Source: Promethearchaeota archaeon
GTDB taxonomy: Archaea > Asgardarchaeota > Lokiarchaeia > Sigyniarchaeales > SOKP01
Direction: 5' to 3'
Length of the DNA: 64,000 nucleotides
NCBI GenBank assembly: GCA_030599585.1
Contig: JAUVNS010000017.1
Coordinates: forward strand, 1 to 64,000
Shown: piece after piece, positions 1-10,332 of the stretch
Position numbering within the stretch: the stretch's first letter is position 1
Layout: every line of letters begins with the position of its first letter
Notes under the pieces: generated by a model
What the model was told of the DNA's origin: nothing
The model's database searches: none
The model's input: the letters and a program-made list of their open reading frames with translations, nothing else
Translations under genes and position numbers: made by a program

Positions 1-722
1 GTGTCGTTGTAGAATATCGTGAGATCAAATGTATCGCCAGAATCAAAAATAGCGTTATTAAGAGGATACGTAATAGTTGCTTCAGTCTCCCCATAAATCG
101 TGATTTGAACTGTTTTGCTCTGATTGTAATAAAACTGCTTACTAATATTTACTATGATGTTCTTTATACCAACACCATTGAAATCTATATCGTTACAGTC
201 AATAGTTATATTGTAATATCCACTACCAAGAGGGTTAAGATTACTGGACTTGTAAGAAGCGCCTGAATCAAGTTTATACTCAATCGTAGCACCATCAATT
301 CCTAGATCTTTCACCGTGTCGTTGTAGAATATCGTGAGATCAAATGAATCACCCGAATCAAAAATAGCGTTATTAAGAGGATACGTAATAGTTGCTTCAG
401 TTTCGCCATAAATCGTGATTTGAACTGTTTTACTCTGATTGTAATAATACTGTTTACTAATATTTACTATTATGTTCTTTATACCAACCCCATTGAAATC
501 TATATCGTTACAGTCAATGGTAATATTGTAATATCCACTCCCAAGAGGATTAAGATTACTGGACTTGTAAGATGCGCCTGAATCAAGTTGATACTCAATT
601 GAAGCGCCATCAATTCCGAGATCTTTCACCGTGTCGTTGTAGAATATCGTGAGATCAAATGTATCGCCAGAATCAAAAATAGCGTTATTAAGAGGATACG
701 TAATAGTTGCTTCAGTTTCACC
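1..722 (-). repeat. Intragenic tandem repeat, 315-bp period (units 408-722, 93-407, partial 1-92; diverged unit ~723-1030)
   Basis: gtgtcgttgtagaatatcgtgagatcaaatg recurs at 1, 316 and 631. The unit encodes GETEATITYPLNNAIFDSGDTFDLTIFYNDT...GYYNITIDCND...KTVQITIY. Confidence 0.95.
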
Positions 723-2690
723 ATAAATCGTGATTTGAACTGTTTTGGTTTGGTTGTTGTAATAATGTTTATTTGCACTAAATTCTAAACTCTTTACACC
801 GTAACCGCTAAATTCACTGTCATTACAATCAATTGTAATATTATAATAACCATTTCCAATGTTGTGAATATTATCTGTTCTTATAGGTCCGCCTTCAATG
901 CGATAAGAGAAAGTATCTGCAATTATACCTGTGTCTAATCCCGTATCGTTAAAAAAAACAGTCACATTAAAAGTATTACTCGCATCAAAACTAGTAGCAG
1001 GTAAACTTGGAATTAAATCCGTATCGGCATAAATAGTTAGATAGGACTCCAATAATCCTGCGGCAGTGTCGTTATTCCAAGATAATTCAATCTTAAAAAT
1101 ACCATATTGATTGACATTTAACGAAACATCCCAACTAGATACCAAAAATTCATCACTGGAACTAAAGATAGAAACATCCAGAATTTTTGAATGGTTCAAA
1201 TATTGGGGGCTTGGACTGTAAACGCTTAAATTTAAATCTCCATTTCTTATGACTTCGCTAAATGTAGCGTTAAAGTCTACAATGCTCGAATGATTTACAT
1301 TGGTTAACGCAATCCCGCTTATATAAGTATCAATAGAAGTCAATAAGTTAGTTGAATTTGCCGTTAGAAACCAATTACTTCCATTTCCTGCGTTAAGAAT
1401 TTGAACTTCCCTAAAACCACCACCCAATAACCTTTTAATAATATCTGAAGCTTGAATTTCAGTCGATCCATTAAAAACACTAATAGTATTAGCCAACCAA
1501 TTTGCGGGAATTGTGAAATTAATAGTGTTAAAATCAGGAACATTTGAATCAAAGTAATTTAATCCCCCCGGAATAGAAACATTCCATTGGACTATATCAC
1601 CACTACTTAAAATATTAAAATATGTATTTCCATTCAAATCTGATTTTGTATAATTGATTTGAGTATTAGTTACATTACAGGACACTTCCCACCAATCAGC
1701 TGATATCGCAAAATTTAATTTATCCGAAGCGCTTGCCACTTCTTCCTCCAATATCCAATAACCAATATTTTCCCCACTTAAATCGTCTGAAACCACTGTA
1801 TCATTAACTTTCAAACCAATATCTGTAGGTTTTGGAGTATTATCTGCTAATACTAGACTAACATTAGAGGCAATTTCGTAAGAACGACTAACCCATGACG
1901 CAACTGGCATATATCTTACAAGAGATTCGTATTGACCTACTCCATCACTTTTTGCATTAAACTCGGGAAATGAAGTAGGAACATTAGTATTCCACATTAC
2001 TATAAAAAATGTTGCATTATCCGTATTCTTAGGATCCAATTGAACATTTACACTTATTTTGTGCCATACTTTTGTGTCCGTTGTGTATACTGTTTCTGTG
2101 TGTGAAAGTAATCCTGTATTTTGATCTGGATCAATTACTGAACCTGTCCATGTAGCATTCCATATTTGGAATCCTACACCTCCATTAGCAACTCCAGAAC
2201 TCCCCGTAAGACATACTTGGAATTCTGTTATGTTACATTTGCTTGGAGCATCAAAAGAGAATGCATAAGTAGGGGTTGTATATGAAATTGGGACGTCATC
2301 AATATCTTTCTCTAAATCCAGAGTCTTATTTGGTGCATATATACCATCAATCGTAATGTTTACAAACGAGGTGTTATACCCTGAAAAGTTAGGAAAGGGT
2401 TCTTTAAAACTGTTTGAGTTATCTAAATTTAAAAATTCAATCGTTGAGGTATTCAATAACGATTGATGTAGTGTAATATTTAAATTCTCACCAGCGCCAT
2501 CAAAATTTTGATACTCCGATGTTTTAGGTGTTTCTTTCTGATAATCAAAATCAATCTCTACATTTGTGTTTTCTTCATTGTTAATTTGAAAGTTAAAAGA
2601 TGAAAAATCATAACTAGCAATAATCATTCCGAGAGATAATAAGAGAAGGATGACAAGTTTTTTTTTATAATTAGATTTAATTAATTTCAT
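1..2690 (-). CDS. Large secreted/cell-surface glycoprotein with tandem ~105-aa Ig-like repeats (3' end runs off the window)
   Basis: Hand-translated from ATG at 2690: MKLIKSNYKKKLVILLLLSLGMIIAS (signal-peptide-like). The frame matches the repeat frame at 722. Many N-x-S/T sequons. Absent from the ORF track because there is no stop inside the window. Confidence 0.85.
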   Translation of the reverse strand, partial: MKLIKSNYKKKLVILLLLSLGMIIASYDFSSFNFQINNEENTNVEIDFDYQKETPKTSEYQNFDGAGENLNITLHQSLLNTSTIEFLNLDNSNSFKEPFPNFSGYNTSFVNITIDGIYAPNKTLDLEKDIDDVPISYTTPTYAFSFDAPSKCNITEFQVCLTGSSGVANGGVGFQIWNATWTGSVIDPDQNTGLLSHTETVYTTDTKVWHKISVNVQLDPKNTDNATFFIVMWNTNVPTSFPEFNAKSDGVGQYESLVRYMPVASWVSRSYEIASNVSLVLADNTPKPTDIGLKVNDTVVSDDLSGENIGYWILEEEVASASDKLNFAISADWWEVSCNVTNTQINYTKSDLNGNTYFNILSSGDIVQWNVSIPGGLNYFDSNVPDFNTINFTIPANWLANTISVFNGSTEIQASDIIKRLLGGGFREVQILNAGNGSNWFLTANSTNLLTSIDTYISGIALTNVNHSSIVDFNATFSEVIRNGDLNLSVYSPSPQYLNHSKILDVSIFSSSDEFLVSSWDVSLNVNQYGIFKIELSWNNDTAAGLLESYLTIYADTDLIPSLPATSFDASNTFNVTVFFNDTGLDTGIIADTFSYRIEGGPIRTDNIHNIGNGYYNITIDCNDSEFSGYGVKSLEFSANKHYYNNQTKTVQITIYGETEATITYPLNNAIFDSGDTFDLTIFYNDTVKDLGIDGASIEYQLDSGASYKSSNLNPLGSGYYNITIDCNDIDFNGVGIKNIIVNISKQYYYNQSKTVQITIYGETEATITYPLNNAIFDSGDSFDLTIFYNDTVKDLGIDGATIEYKLDSGASYKSSNLNPLGSGYYNITIDCNDIDFNGVGIKNIIVNISKQFYYNQSKTVQITIYGETEATITYPLNNAIFDSGDTFDLTIFYND

Positions 2691-2883
2691 AATTATCACA
2701 ATATTATTTTTTATTTATTGGTAAGTACTATATATCCATTATATAGATTAATCGCGTAATTTGAATTTAAAATTACTTTTTTTTTACAAATTATCATCGT
2801 TATTTAGCATCAATAAAAATTTTTAAAAGGCAATCACATCATATTAATGAATTTTTTATATTTTTCGTGCTAATATAGTATTA

Positions 2884-3813
2884 ATGGCAAATCAAAATAA
2901 TCCTTCACGTAAAAAGAGTAAAACTAGTTCTTTTGGGGTTTCCAAACGTGAAAGTCATGATGCTTCTCAATTTTATAATTCTAAACTTTACCAAACTTTA
3001 CCAAAGCCGCGAGAAATTGAATATGTTGATAAATCTAGCCTAATATCTGAAGATATTATTGATCACATATTATTAGGAGATAGTAAGAGAATGAATCAAT
3101 TACCAGATAATTCAGTGCATCTTATGATTACTTCTCCTCCCTATAATGTTACCAAAGATTATGATGATGATTTAACTCTCAGAGATTATTTAAAACTTCT
3201 TAAGGCGGTTTTCGAAGAAACATGGCGAGTTCTAGTACCCGGGGGTAGAGCTGCTATTAATATAGCAAACATCGGTAGGAAACCATATATCCCATTACAT
3301 GCGTATGTAATTGATATTATGCATAAAATTGGCTTTCATATGCGAGGCGAGATTATCTGGAATAAAGCTGCTTCTGCAGGAGTGTCTACAGCATGGGGAT
3401 CTTTTGCATCCGCGAGCAATCCATGTCTTAGAGACGTACACGAATACATTCTAATATTTTCAAAAATTACGAATAGATTAGAAAAAGGGGAAAAAAAAAA
3501 TACTATTGAGAAATCAAATTTTGTCGAATGGTCTAAATCAATTTGGAATTTCTCTGCCGTTTCAGCTAAAAAAGTTGGACATCCTGCACCTTTTCCAATT
3601 GAGCTCCCTCGACGATTAATCGAGTTTTATTCTTACGAGAATGACGTAATTTTAGATCCCTTTATAGGTAGCGGCACGACAGCTCTTGCAGCAATTGAAC
3701 TTAATAGACATTATGTTGGTTATGAAATCTCTCAAGAATATGTTAAATTAGCTAAGAAGAAAATCAACGAAATCAAAAACCAGCTAAAATTAGATAAATT
3801 TTTGGATGGTTAA
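2884..3813 (+). CDS. Site-specific DNA methyltransferase (N4C/N6A family, beta-type motif order)
   Basis: Catalytic TSPPY precedes HPAPFP and the SAM-binding DPFIGSGTT. Confidence 0.9.
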   Translation: MANQNNPSRKKSKTSSFGVSKRESHDASQFYNSKLYQTLPKPREIEYVDKSSLISEDIIDHILLGDSKRMNQLPDNSVHLMITSPPYNVTKDYDDDLTLRDYLKLLKAVFEETWRVLVPGGRAAINIANIGRKPYIPLHAYVIDIMHKIGFHMRGEIIWNKAASAGVSTAWGSFASASNPCLRDVHEYILIFSKITNRLEKGEKKNTIEKSNFVEWSKSIWNFSAVSAKKVGHPAPFPIELPRRLIEFYSYENDVILDPFIGSGTTALAAIELNRHYVGYEISQEYVKLAKKKINEIKNQLKLDKFLDG

Positions 3814-3844
3814 TTAAAAAAAAAAGCGAGTGCTTTTTTCGTTC

Positions 3845-4540
3845 TCATTTTGTTTCAGGTTTTTTTAGGATTATCCTTGCATCTACGCATACTAAGCCGT
3901 TTTCGTAAATGAAAACAGGATTTAAGTCCATCTCGTTTATTTCTTCGTGTTTTATTACTAAATCGGATATTTTTAGTAATGTTTTTACGATCGCATCTAA
4001 GTCCGCTTTTGGTTTACCTCGATATCCATCTAATATTGGAAATCCTTTTATCTCGTGTATCTGTTCTCGGGCGTCGTATTCCGTAATTGGAGCAATTCTA
4101 AAGCTTACATCCTCTAGAAGCTCAACTAAAATGCCTCCAATCCCAAACATTAGCGCAGGTCCAAATTGGGCATCAGTGGTCATTCCTATTATTAATTCGG
4201 TTATTGGTTCGTCAGCCATTTTTTGGACGCTAATTGATTTTTCACTTTGGGAGGGAATCTTCATTAATTCATCATAAGCATCAGCAATTTCAACTTCGTT
4301 ATTAATATTTAATTTCACTGCTCCAGTATCAGATTTGTGTACTATATCTTCAGCCATGAGTTTTAATACTACAGGAAAACCTATCTTTTTGGCAACGACA
4401 ATGGTTTCTTCTTTAGTAGTCACTAATTCTTGTTCTGGAATGGGGATTCCAATTTCTTTTAGTAAATTTTTTGACTCAAATTCAGTAAGCACAGTCTGGT
4501 TTGATTCAAGCTTATTTTTAAGTAATTCTGAAATATTCAT
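3845..4540 (-). CDS. ADP-forming acyl-CoA synthetase (acetate-CoA ligase) beta subunit, ATP-grasp
   Basis: GFPVVLK, HKSDTGAV, FGPALMFGIGG and EMDLNPV motifs. Confidence 0.9.
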   Translation of the reverse strand: MNISELLKNKLESNQTVLTEFESKNLLKEIGIPIPEQELVTTKEETIVVAKKIGFPVVLKLMAEDIVHKSDTGAVKLNINNEVEIADAYDELMKIPSQSEKSISVQKMADEPITELIIGMTTDAQFGPALMFGIGGILVELLEDVSFRIAPITEYDAREQIHEIKGFPILDGYRGKPKADLDAIVKTLLKISDLVIKHEEINEMDLNPVFIYENGLVCVDARIILKKPETK

Positions 4541-4707
4541 TAAAATTAACTCGAGTTATATTTTATTAAGGTTTAAGATTAATAGATAGTTAAGTTATAA
4601 AAAAAATTTAAATATAACGAGTTGTATTTTTAAAGAAAAGAAACCCTAATTTCTTAAAAAAAATATCATACTTAGAAATCAATCTTTAATTCGTATTTTA
4701 TCTAATA

Positions 4708-5799
4708 ATGCAATCTAAAACTCCAACAAAGGCGGAAAACCTTCAGTATCTTTTAATTAATTTCGTAGAATCGCTGGATGATGTTATAATAGCTTTTATT
4801 TATTCAAAAGATGGGCTGTTATTGGCAAAATATGGAAAAACAGAAGGTACAATAGCAAAAGAACGGGAAAAAGAGGATGTTTATGGCGCAATTACTGGTA
4901 TCGTTGAAAATCTACTAGATAAAATAAGTTTAGAGTATAAATCTGGTCGTTATGGTAGCGGTTCGTTTGAAACTGACGATAATCGTATAATTTACTTGGA
5001 AGCGGGATTTGACGCAACACTCTTATTGGTCTGTGATTATGAAACAAATTTAAATAAGATTTTTCCAATAGCATATCTTGTTGTCGAGAAGATTGCTCAG
5101 TTACTTGAAGACAGTTTTGATTTTAAATACAATACTTTAGAAATTCCAAATCTAGACATTCACGATTCCTTCTCTTTAGGATTTGAGAAGTTTTCAATTC
5201 AAGATTCAACGCCTATCGTAGATGGAGTAAAGGCAATTCATCAATTTGAGAAAGAAGAACTGATAGAAAGATTATTTAAATTAATTATACTCGGTTCTGC
5301 AGCAGTTGGAAAAACCACTTTAGTGAATCGGTTTTTGAAAAAAGAAAATATCGTTGATTATAGGCCCACATTGGGTATATGTCTTTCCACACAACAATAT
5401 TATGTCCAAGGCTTTAAAGACGACGTTATAAAGTTTTTAATATGCGATTTAGCGGGGCAAAGTTTTTTCAAACGCGTGAGGAGAGAATACTACAAAGGTG
5501 CCAACTGCGCGTTTATAGTTTACGATGTTACTAGAAGAGATACTTTTGAAGAAGCGATAAATGTTTGGTATGAAGATGCCAAAAAAGAATTAGGAAATAT
5601 TCCATTTGTTCTCATTGGAAATAAAATCGATAAGGAAGATGAAAGAGAGGTATCGAAAGAAGAAGGATTAGCAAAAGCAAAAGAAATAAAAAGTTCTTTC
5701 ATAGAAACCTCAGCATTACAAAATATAAATGTTCAAGACACATTTAAAATTATAGGGATAGGATTGTTCTTTAAACATTTTGAAGAGAACCATAATTAA
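4708..5799 (+). CDS. Roadblock-like domain fused to a Rab-like small GTPase
   Basis: C-terminal GSAAVGKT, PTLG, DLAGQ, NKID, ETSA (G1-G5). The N-terminal AFIYSKDGLLLA resembles roadblock/LC7. Confidence 0.85.
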   Translation: MQSKTPTKAENLQYLLINFVESLDDVIIAFIYSKDGLLLAKYGKTEGTIAKEREKEDVYGAITGIVENLLDKISLEYKSGRYGSGSFETDDNRIIYLEAGFDATLLLVCDYETNLNKIFPIAYLVVEKIAQLLEDSFDFKYNTLEIPNLDIHDSFSLGFEKFSIQDSTPIVDGVKAIHQFEKEELIERLFKLIILGSAAVGKTTLVNRFLKKENIVDYRPTLGICLSTQQYYVQGFKDDVIKFLICDLAGQSFFKRVRREYYKGANCAFIVYDVTRRDTFEEAINVWYEDAKKELGNIPFVLIGNKIDKEDEREVSKEEGLAKAKEIKSSFIETSALQNINVQDTFKIIGIGLFFKHFEENHN

Positions 5800-5820
5800 A
5801 TTAAAAGTAAAAACTTATTT

Positions 5821-6834
5821 TTATAGGTGGAATTCTGTTCCAACGATTCCTAAAGTATGTGATGGGTGCCTAGACATAAGCTTATTAAATTTAAACCCTG
5901 TACAATGCATTCCACACGTGATTTCAGGATTTAAAGCTTCAATATATTTAACTTTTTCCTCAATTTTCTCAATTGGATTCCATTCTTCGTGAAATCCCCC
6001 AATAACAGCATATATCTTATCTACGCCTGTTAATTTTTGACCGTGTTTGATCGTGTTCATTATTCCACAATGTCCACACCCCGTTAAGACTACTAATCCT
6101 TTATTCTTTACATTTATATAAATTGAAGTCTCATCTCTAAAATAATGCTGGTCAAATTCTTTCCTACTTTTTTGAATGTAAACCCCTTTCGTTCTTTCAT
6201 TTTTATCAAATAATTCAATTTCGCCGCTTGTTACTACCCCCTTAAATAATCTTTGTGGCTCTTTGGTCTCTATAAGTTTTAACCCATTTTGATCTACAAG
6301 ATTAGTAATCATATTTTTATTCAGTAAAGGTAATTTTTTGTTAATCCTAAGTTTCCCCTCTTTAGCTAATGTCCGTAAAGATTCTCCTAACTCGTCAGCT
6401 GGAATTTCTTCTCCAGATTTCATAATTGCAATATAATTTTGACTAAAACAAACAGGGTTCAAATAAATTTCTGTACCTTTGTTTAATAAAGGGAAGACTT
6501 CTGATATACCACCAAAATGATCAAAATGTCCATGACTTAAAATAAATTTTTCAACTTCGCCTAAATTCACTCCTAATTGTTTACTGTTATTAACAATCGT
6601 CTGCGATAACCCTCCAGAATCTAATAGAAAAATGTGTCTTTTCTCATTATCTACTATGCTAATACTCATAGCTAATCCGTGTTCTCCTCTAACCATATTA
6701 GCAGTAGCTCCTGGCTGAACAACCTTTCCATTAAATTTATCTTCAGTTAATAAAGTAATAGAAGTATCATTCGTTGCTAAAACTTTTACAATAACTTTAC
6801 CACTTTCGATTCCATCTGAGATATTAATTCCCAT
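5821..6834 (-). CDS. Metallo-beta-lactamase-fold hydrolase (DHPS-like subgroup)
   Basis: GEHGL, SHGHFDHFGG, TGCGHCG, GGFH and HCTG motifs. Confidence 0.85.
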   Translation of the reverse strand: MGINISDGIESGKVIVKVLATNDTSITLLTEDKFNGKVVQPGATANMVRGEHGLAMSISIVDNEKRHIFLLDSGGLSQTIVNNSKQLGVNLGEVEKFILSHGHFDHFGGISEVFPLLNKGTEIYLNPVCFSQNYIAIMKSGEEIPADELGESLRTLAKEGKLRINKKLPLLNKNMITNLVDQNGLKLIETKEPQRLFKGVVTSGEIELFDKNERTKGVYIQKSRKEFDQHYFRDETSIYINVKNKGLVVLTGCGHCGIMNTIKHGQKLTGVDKIYAVIGGFHEEWNPIEKIEEKVKYIEALNPEITCGMHCTGFKFNKLMSRHPSHTLGIVGTEFHL

Positions 6835-6984
6835 TCAATATCACTTTAAAAATAAAATTATGAATAATAATTCTTTATCTTATTATTTTTAATTTATCGT
6901 TCGTAATACTTAAAATTTTTCTAATAAAACTAAAAATTTGCCGTTAATAAAAAAAAGAATAATTTGAAAATAAAAAATAGTTAT

Positions 6985-9855
6985 TTAGATTTTAAGTAGG
7001 TAATTAGGATCTTGTCTCATTTTCAGCCTTATTCTATATTTCCTTAGTTCGTCAACTACAGAAACGCTAAATGCGGCAATAAAGAGAGTTACCCAGTGAT
7101 ACCATTGTGTTAAAGGTACTACATGAAATGCTACGCCTAATGGTGTGTAAAGAATTAAAAGTTGTAAGGCAAGTGAAAGTCCTGTAGCCCAGAATAAATG
7201 CTTATTAGGAAATTTGTAGAACGGTTTTATATTGCTTGTACACGTATAAACAAATAATAGCTCACAGATCACTAAATTCGTAAATAGAATTGTCTGAGCA
7301 AGACTTATGGCATATGTTTGGGATACCCCTGGACTTAAATAACCTGCTAAATTTGGATCTATAACGCTCCACGCAGGAATAAGAACTGTCCAAAGAAGAA
7401 TGTAAAGAGTGATGTCGGTAACTGAAGTATATATTCCTAGTAGCAAAGCGGGACCTCTTATTTCTTTTAATAACGTAAATCCTTTTCTTGGGGGTCCTTT
7501 CATAACATCGGGATCTGTTGGTGTCAGCCCTAAAACCATCGCTGGGATGCCATCTGTGGCTATATTTAACCAAAGTATTTGAATTGGCTCGATTGGTGTT
7601 CCGATAAAAACATTAACAAATAGCTTCATGACAATGTACGCAACCAAAATCAGAAAAATTTCGTCAAAATTCGTCGAAAGCATATAACGGAAGAAATTTT
7701 TGGTCGTTTCAAAGATTCCTCTACCTTCTTCTATTGCGTTTACAATAGTTGCGTAATTATCATCGATAAGTATCATATCTGAAGCTTCTTGAGTGACTTC
7801 AGTTCCTTTTAAACCCATTGCTACTCCTACATGAGCACCTTTTACAGCTGGAGCATCGTTAACCCCATCACCGGTCATGGCAATCACTAAATCGAGTTCC
7901 TTCAGTCTCTTTAAAATTCTAAGTTTATGTTCTGAAGTTACCCGTGCGAAAACATCAACGGTTTTAACTTTTTCTCGTAATTCGTCATCGCTCATTTCTT
8001 CCAAATCTTGTCCTGTAATTGTTTCATCTGATTCAGTTAGACCAATTTGTTGTGCGATTGCTAAGGCAGTTACCTTATGATCTCCCGTGATCATGATCGT
8101 ACGGATACCCGCCATTCTAGCTTCTTTGATTGCGTCTTTAACTTCGTCTCTGGCAGGATCAATGATTCCTACTAAACCAATATAAGTATAATCCTTTTCT
8201 ATATTATTGAGATCGTATCCCGTTTCTAACTCTTTATACGCTACTCCAAGAACCCTCAAAGCACCTGTAGCAAATTGGTTATTTTGGTTTAATATTTTAT
8301 CTTTTCCGTTCTCAATTGATTTGCTTTCGCCATCTAATAATACATGAGAAGCATTTCTCATCATTATATCTGGAGCTCCCTTTATGAAAGCAAATAATTT
8401 ACCATCTAATTTACCAATTACGCTCATCATCTTCCGATCAGAATCGAAAGGAATTTCGTCTAATTTCTCAAAAGATTCGTTAAGTTTCGTTTTCAAAGCT
8501 AAGACTTTCATGGAGATTTCAGTAGGATCGCCGACAACACTAACTTCTCCCGTTTTTTGGTCGAGAATATTTACGTTAGAGTTGTTGCAAAACAAGCAAA
8601 CTTCTAGAAACCGCTTAAGATCAGGATTCATGGTAACAGAGTTTCCAGATTCTTTGATATCCCCTATTATATTATATCCTACGCCATCTACATCGAGTAC
8701 TTTATCGTTTAAATACAATTTCACTACAGTCATTTCGTTTTTTGTCAATGTACCTGTCTTATCGCTACAAATAACATCAACACGTCCTAGCGTTTCTACA
8801 GCCGTTAGTTTCCTGACTAAAGCATTTCTTCCAGCCATTTTTTTCATACCTATACTTAAAACCACCGTGATAACAACAACGAGACCTTCAGGCACTGCCG
8901 ATACAGCTAAGCTTATGGCAATTTTAAACGCGTCGATCATATGCTCTATCTCTTCGGGACCGAAAGCTAAACCTTCTGTAAGTAGTATAATAATTATTTC
9001 TGTAATAAATACGCCAGCACAAATCAATAGAATTGTTATTCCTAATAACTTTCCAAATCGATTTACTTCTACTTGAAAAGGACTAGGTTCTACTATCTCT
9101 TGTTGCAAACTTGTAGCTATTTTTCCTATTTCGGTATTCATCCCCGTCCCAATTACTATTCCTTCTCCATTTCCTCTCGTGATTATCGTGTTCATGTATC
9201 CAAGGTTAATTCTATCAGCTAAAATCAGCTTTTCATCTACAATATCTAACTGTTTTTTTACAGGAGCAGATTCTCCGGTTAAAATAGCTTCATCGACATA
9301 AAGTGAAAATTCTTTAATTAACCTTAAATCTGCTGGAAATTTATCCCCGTCTTCAAAAAGGACAATATCTCCTAGTGCTACATCTTCTACAGCAATTTCA
9401 CTGATTTTACCCCCTCTACGAACCTTAGCAAAATGGGGCGCAAGTTTTTTTAAACTTTCCATCGATCTTTCTGCTTGATATTCCTGATAAAACCCCAAAG
9501 CGGCATTGGCAATTAAGATAGCTGCAATCACTATAGCGTCTGTATATTCCGCAGACCACTCTTCAGCACCAGGCTGAGCACCTTCCCAAATTCCAATAAT
9601 AATTGAAATAGCAATTGCAAAAAGGAGTAAGTATACGAGGAAACTTTTAAATTGTCCAAGGAAAATTTGGAGAGCAGTTTTTCCTTTTTCTTTGATTAAT
9701 TCGTTTTTACCATATTTTTCAAGTCTAGATTGTGCTTCAGCTTCAGACAAACCTTTTTCAATTGAAGTACCTAATGCGTCTATAACTTTATCGATATTCT
9801 CCGAGTGTGCGCTAATCTGTTTTATTTCAGTCATTTTTTCTTCAATTTTTTTCAA
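6985..9855 (-). CDS. Cation-transporting P-type ATPase, type IIA (Ca2+-like)
   Basis: TGES, PEGL, DKTGT, KGAP, TGD and GDGVND motifs; about 10 TM segments. Confidence 0.92.
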   Translation of the reverse strand: MKKIEEKMTEIKQISAHSENIDKVIDALGTSIEKGLSEAEAQSRLEKYGKNELIKEKGKTALQIFLGQFKSFLVYLLLFAIAISIIIGIWEGAQPGAEEWSAEYTDAIVIAAILIANAALGFYQEYQAERSMESLKKLAPHFAKVRRGGKISEIAVEDVALGDIVLFEDGDKFPADLRLIKEFSLYVDEAILTGESAPVKKQLDIVDEKLILADRINLGYMNTIITRGNGEGIVIGTGMNTEIGKIATSLQQEIVEPSPFQVEVNRFGKLLGITILLICAGVFITEIIIILLTEGLAFGPEEIEHMIDAFKIAISLAVSAVPEGLVVVITVVLSIGMKKMAGRNALVRKLTAVETLGRVDVICSDKTGTLTKNEMTVVKLYLNDKVLDVDGVGYNIIGDIKESGNSVTMNPDLKRFLEVCLFCNNSNVNILDQKTGEVSVVGDPTEISMKVLALKTKLNESFEKLDEIPFDSDRKMMSVIGKLDGKLFAFIKGAPDIMMRNASHVLLDGESKSIENGKDKILNQNNQFATGALRVLGVAYKELETGYDLNNIEKDYTYIGLVGIIDPARDEVKDAIKEARMAGIRTIMITGDHKVTALAIAQQIGLTESDETITGQDLEEMSDDELREKVKTVDVFARVTSEHKLRILKRLKELDLVIAMTGDGVNDAPAVKGAHVGVAMGLKGTEVTQEASDMILIDDNYATIVNAIEEGRGIFETTKNFFRYMLSTNFDEIFLILVAYIVMKLFVNVFIGTPIEPIQILWLNIATDGIPAMVLGLTPTDPDVMKGPPRKGFTLLKEIRGPALLLGIYTSVTDITLYILLWTVLIPAWSVIDPNLAGYLSPGVSQTYAISLAQTILFTNLVICELLFVYTCTSNIKPFYKFPNKHLFWATGLSLALQLLILYTPLGVAFHVVPLTQWYHWVTLFIAAFSVSVVDELRKYRIRLKMRQDPNYLLKI

Positions 9856-9954
9856 TTTTGTATTAAAATATTAAACTAAGTATTTTAGATAAATAATAGT
9901 TTTATAAATTATATAAATAAATATAAGCTCATAAAAAAATTAAACTGGTGAAAT

Positions 9955-10332
9955 ATGTTTAAAATATCTTTCTCAAAAACAGCATTGGATTATATCATTC
10001 ATGAACAACAAAATATCGAATCAGAACAGTTAGTAGTAGTACTTTTTTACCATTCCGCTGAAACATGAACAATGTCTCTTTGTGGAAATTTTGTCGAGTT
10101 GGTGGAAAAATTTAAACTCTTAGACGATGACGATTTTGTCAAGCTAAAAGATACTGATATAGACAACGAACAATTAAAAACCAAGCATATCGAAGTATAT
10201 ATTGAAAAACTAATCATTCCTGAGTTAGAAGAAAAACCATTAACCATTATAGATGCGGTAGTAGGAGAAGTTAAAGGTAAAAAAGTAGGTTTGTTGTTCA
10301 TAAAAAAAAAATCAAATGTATACGGTTGTTAA
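9955..10332 (+). CDS. Probable selenoprotein, HesB/IscA-like fold, 125 aa, in-frame TGA (Sec38) at 10066-10068
   Basis: ATG 9955 is preceded by GGTGA. Reads MFKISFSKTALDYIIHEQQNIESEQLVVVLFYHSAET-TGA-TMSLCG... continuing in frame into track ORF 10072..10332. The IEVYIE...IIDA...GLLF...GC pattern resembles HesB/IscA. A SECIS-like hairpin follows the stop directly. Confidence 0.75.

Noticed and set aside
1-722. Repeats as a CRISPR array or mobile element
   Set aside because: The 315-bp in-frame coding units have no unique spacers, and no cas or transposase genes are present.
8384-9076. 230-aa plus-strand ORF (likewise 3909..4277, 21464..21871, 52913..53332, 59284..60039 and other short overlaps)
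   Set aside because: Antisense to well-supported genes, with no motifs.
10072-10332. Track ORF of 86 aa taken as a complete gene
   Set aside because: Better explained as the part downstream of an in-frame Sec UGA, since the upstream frame, RBS-like motif and SECIS-like hairpin agree.
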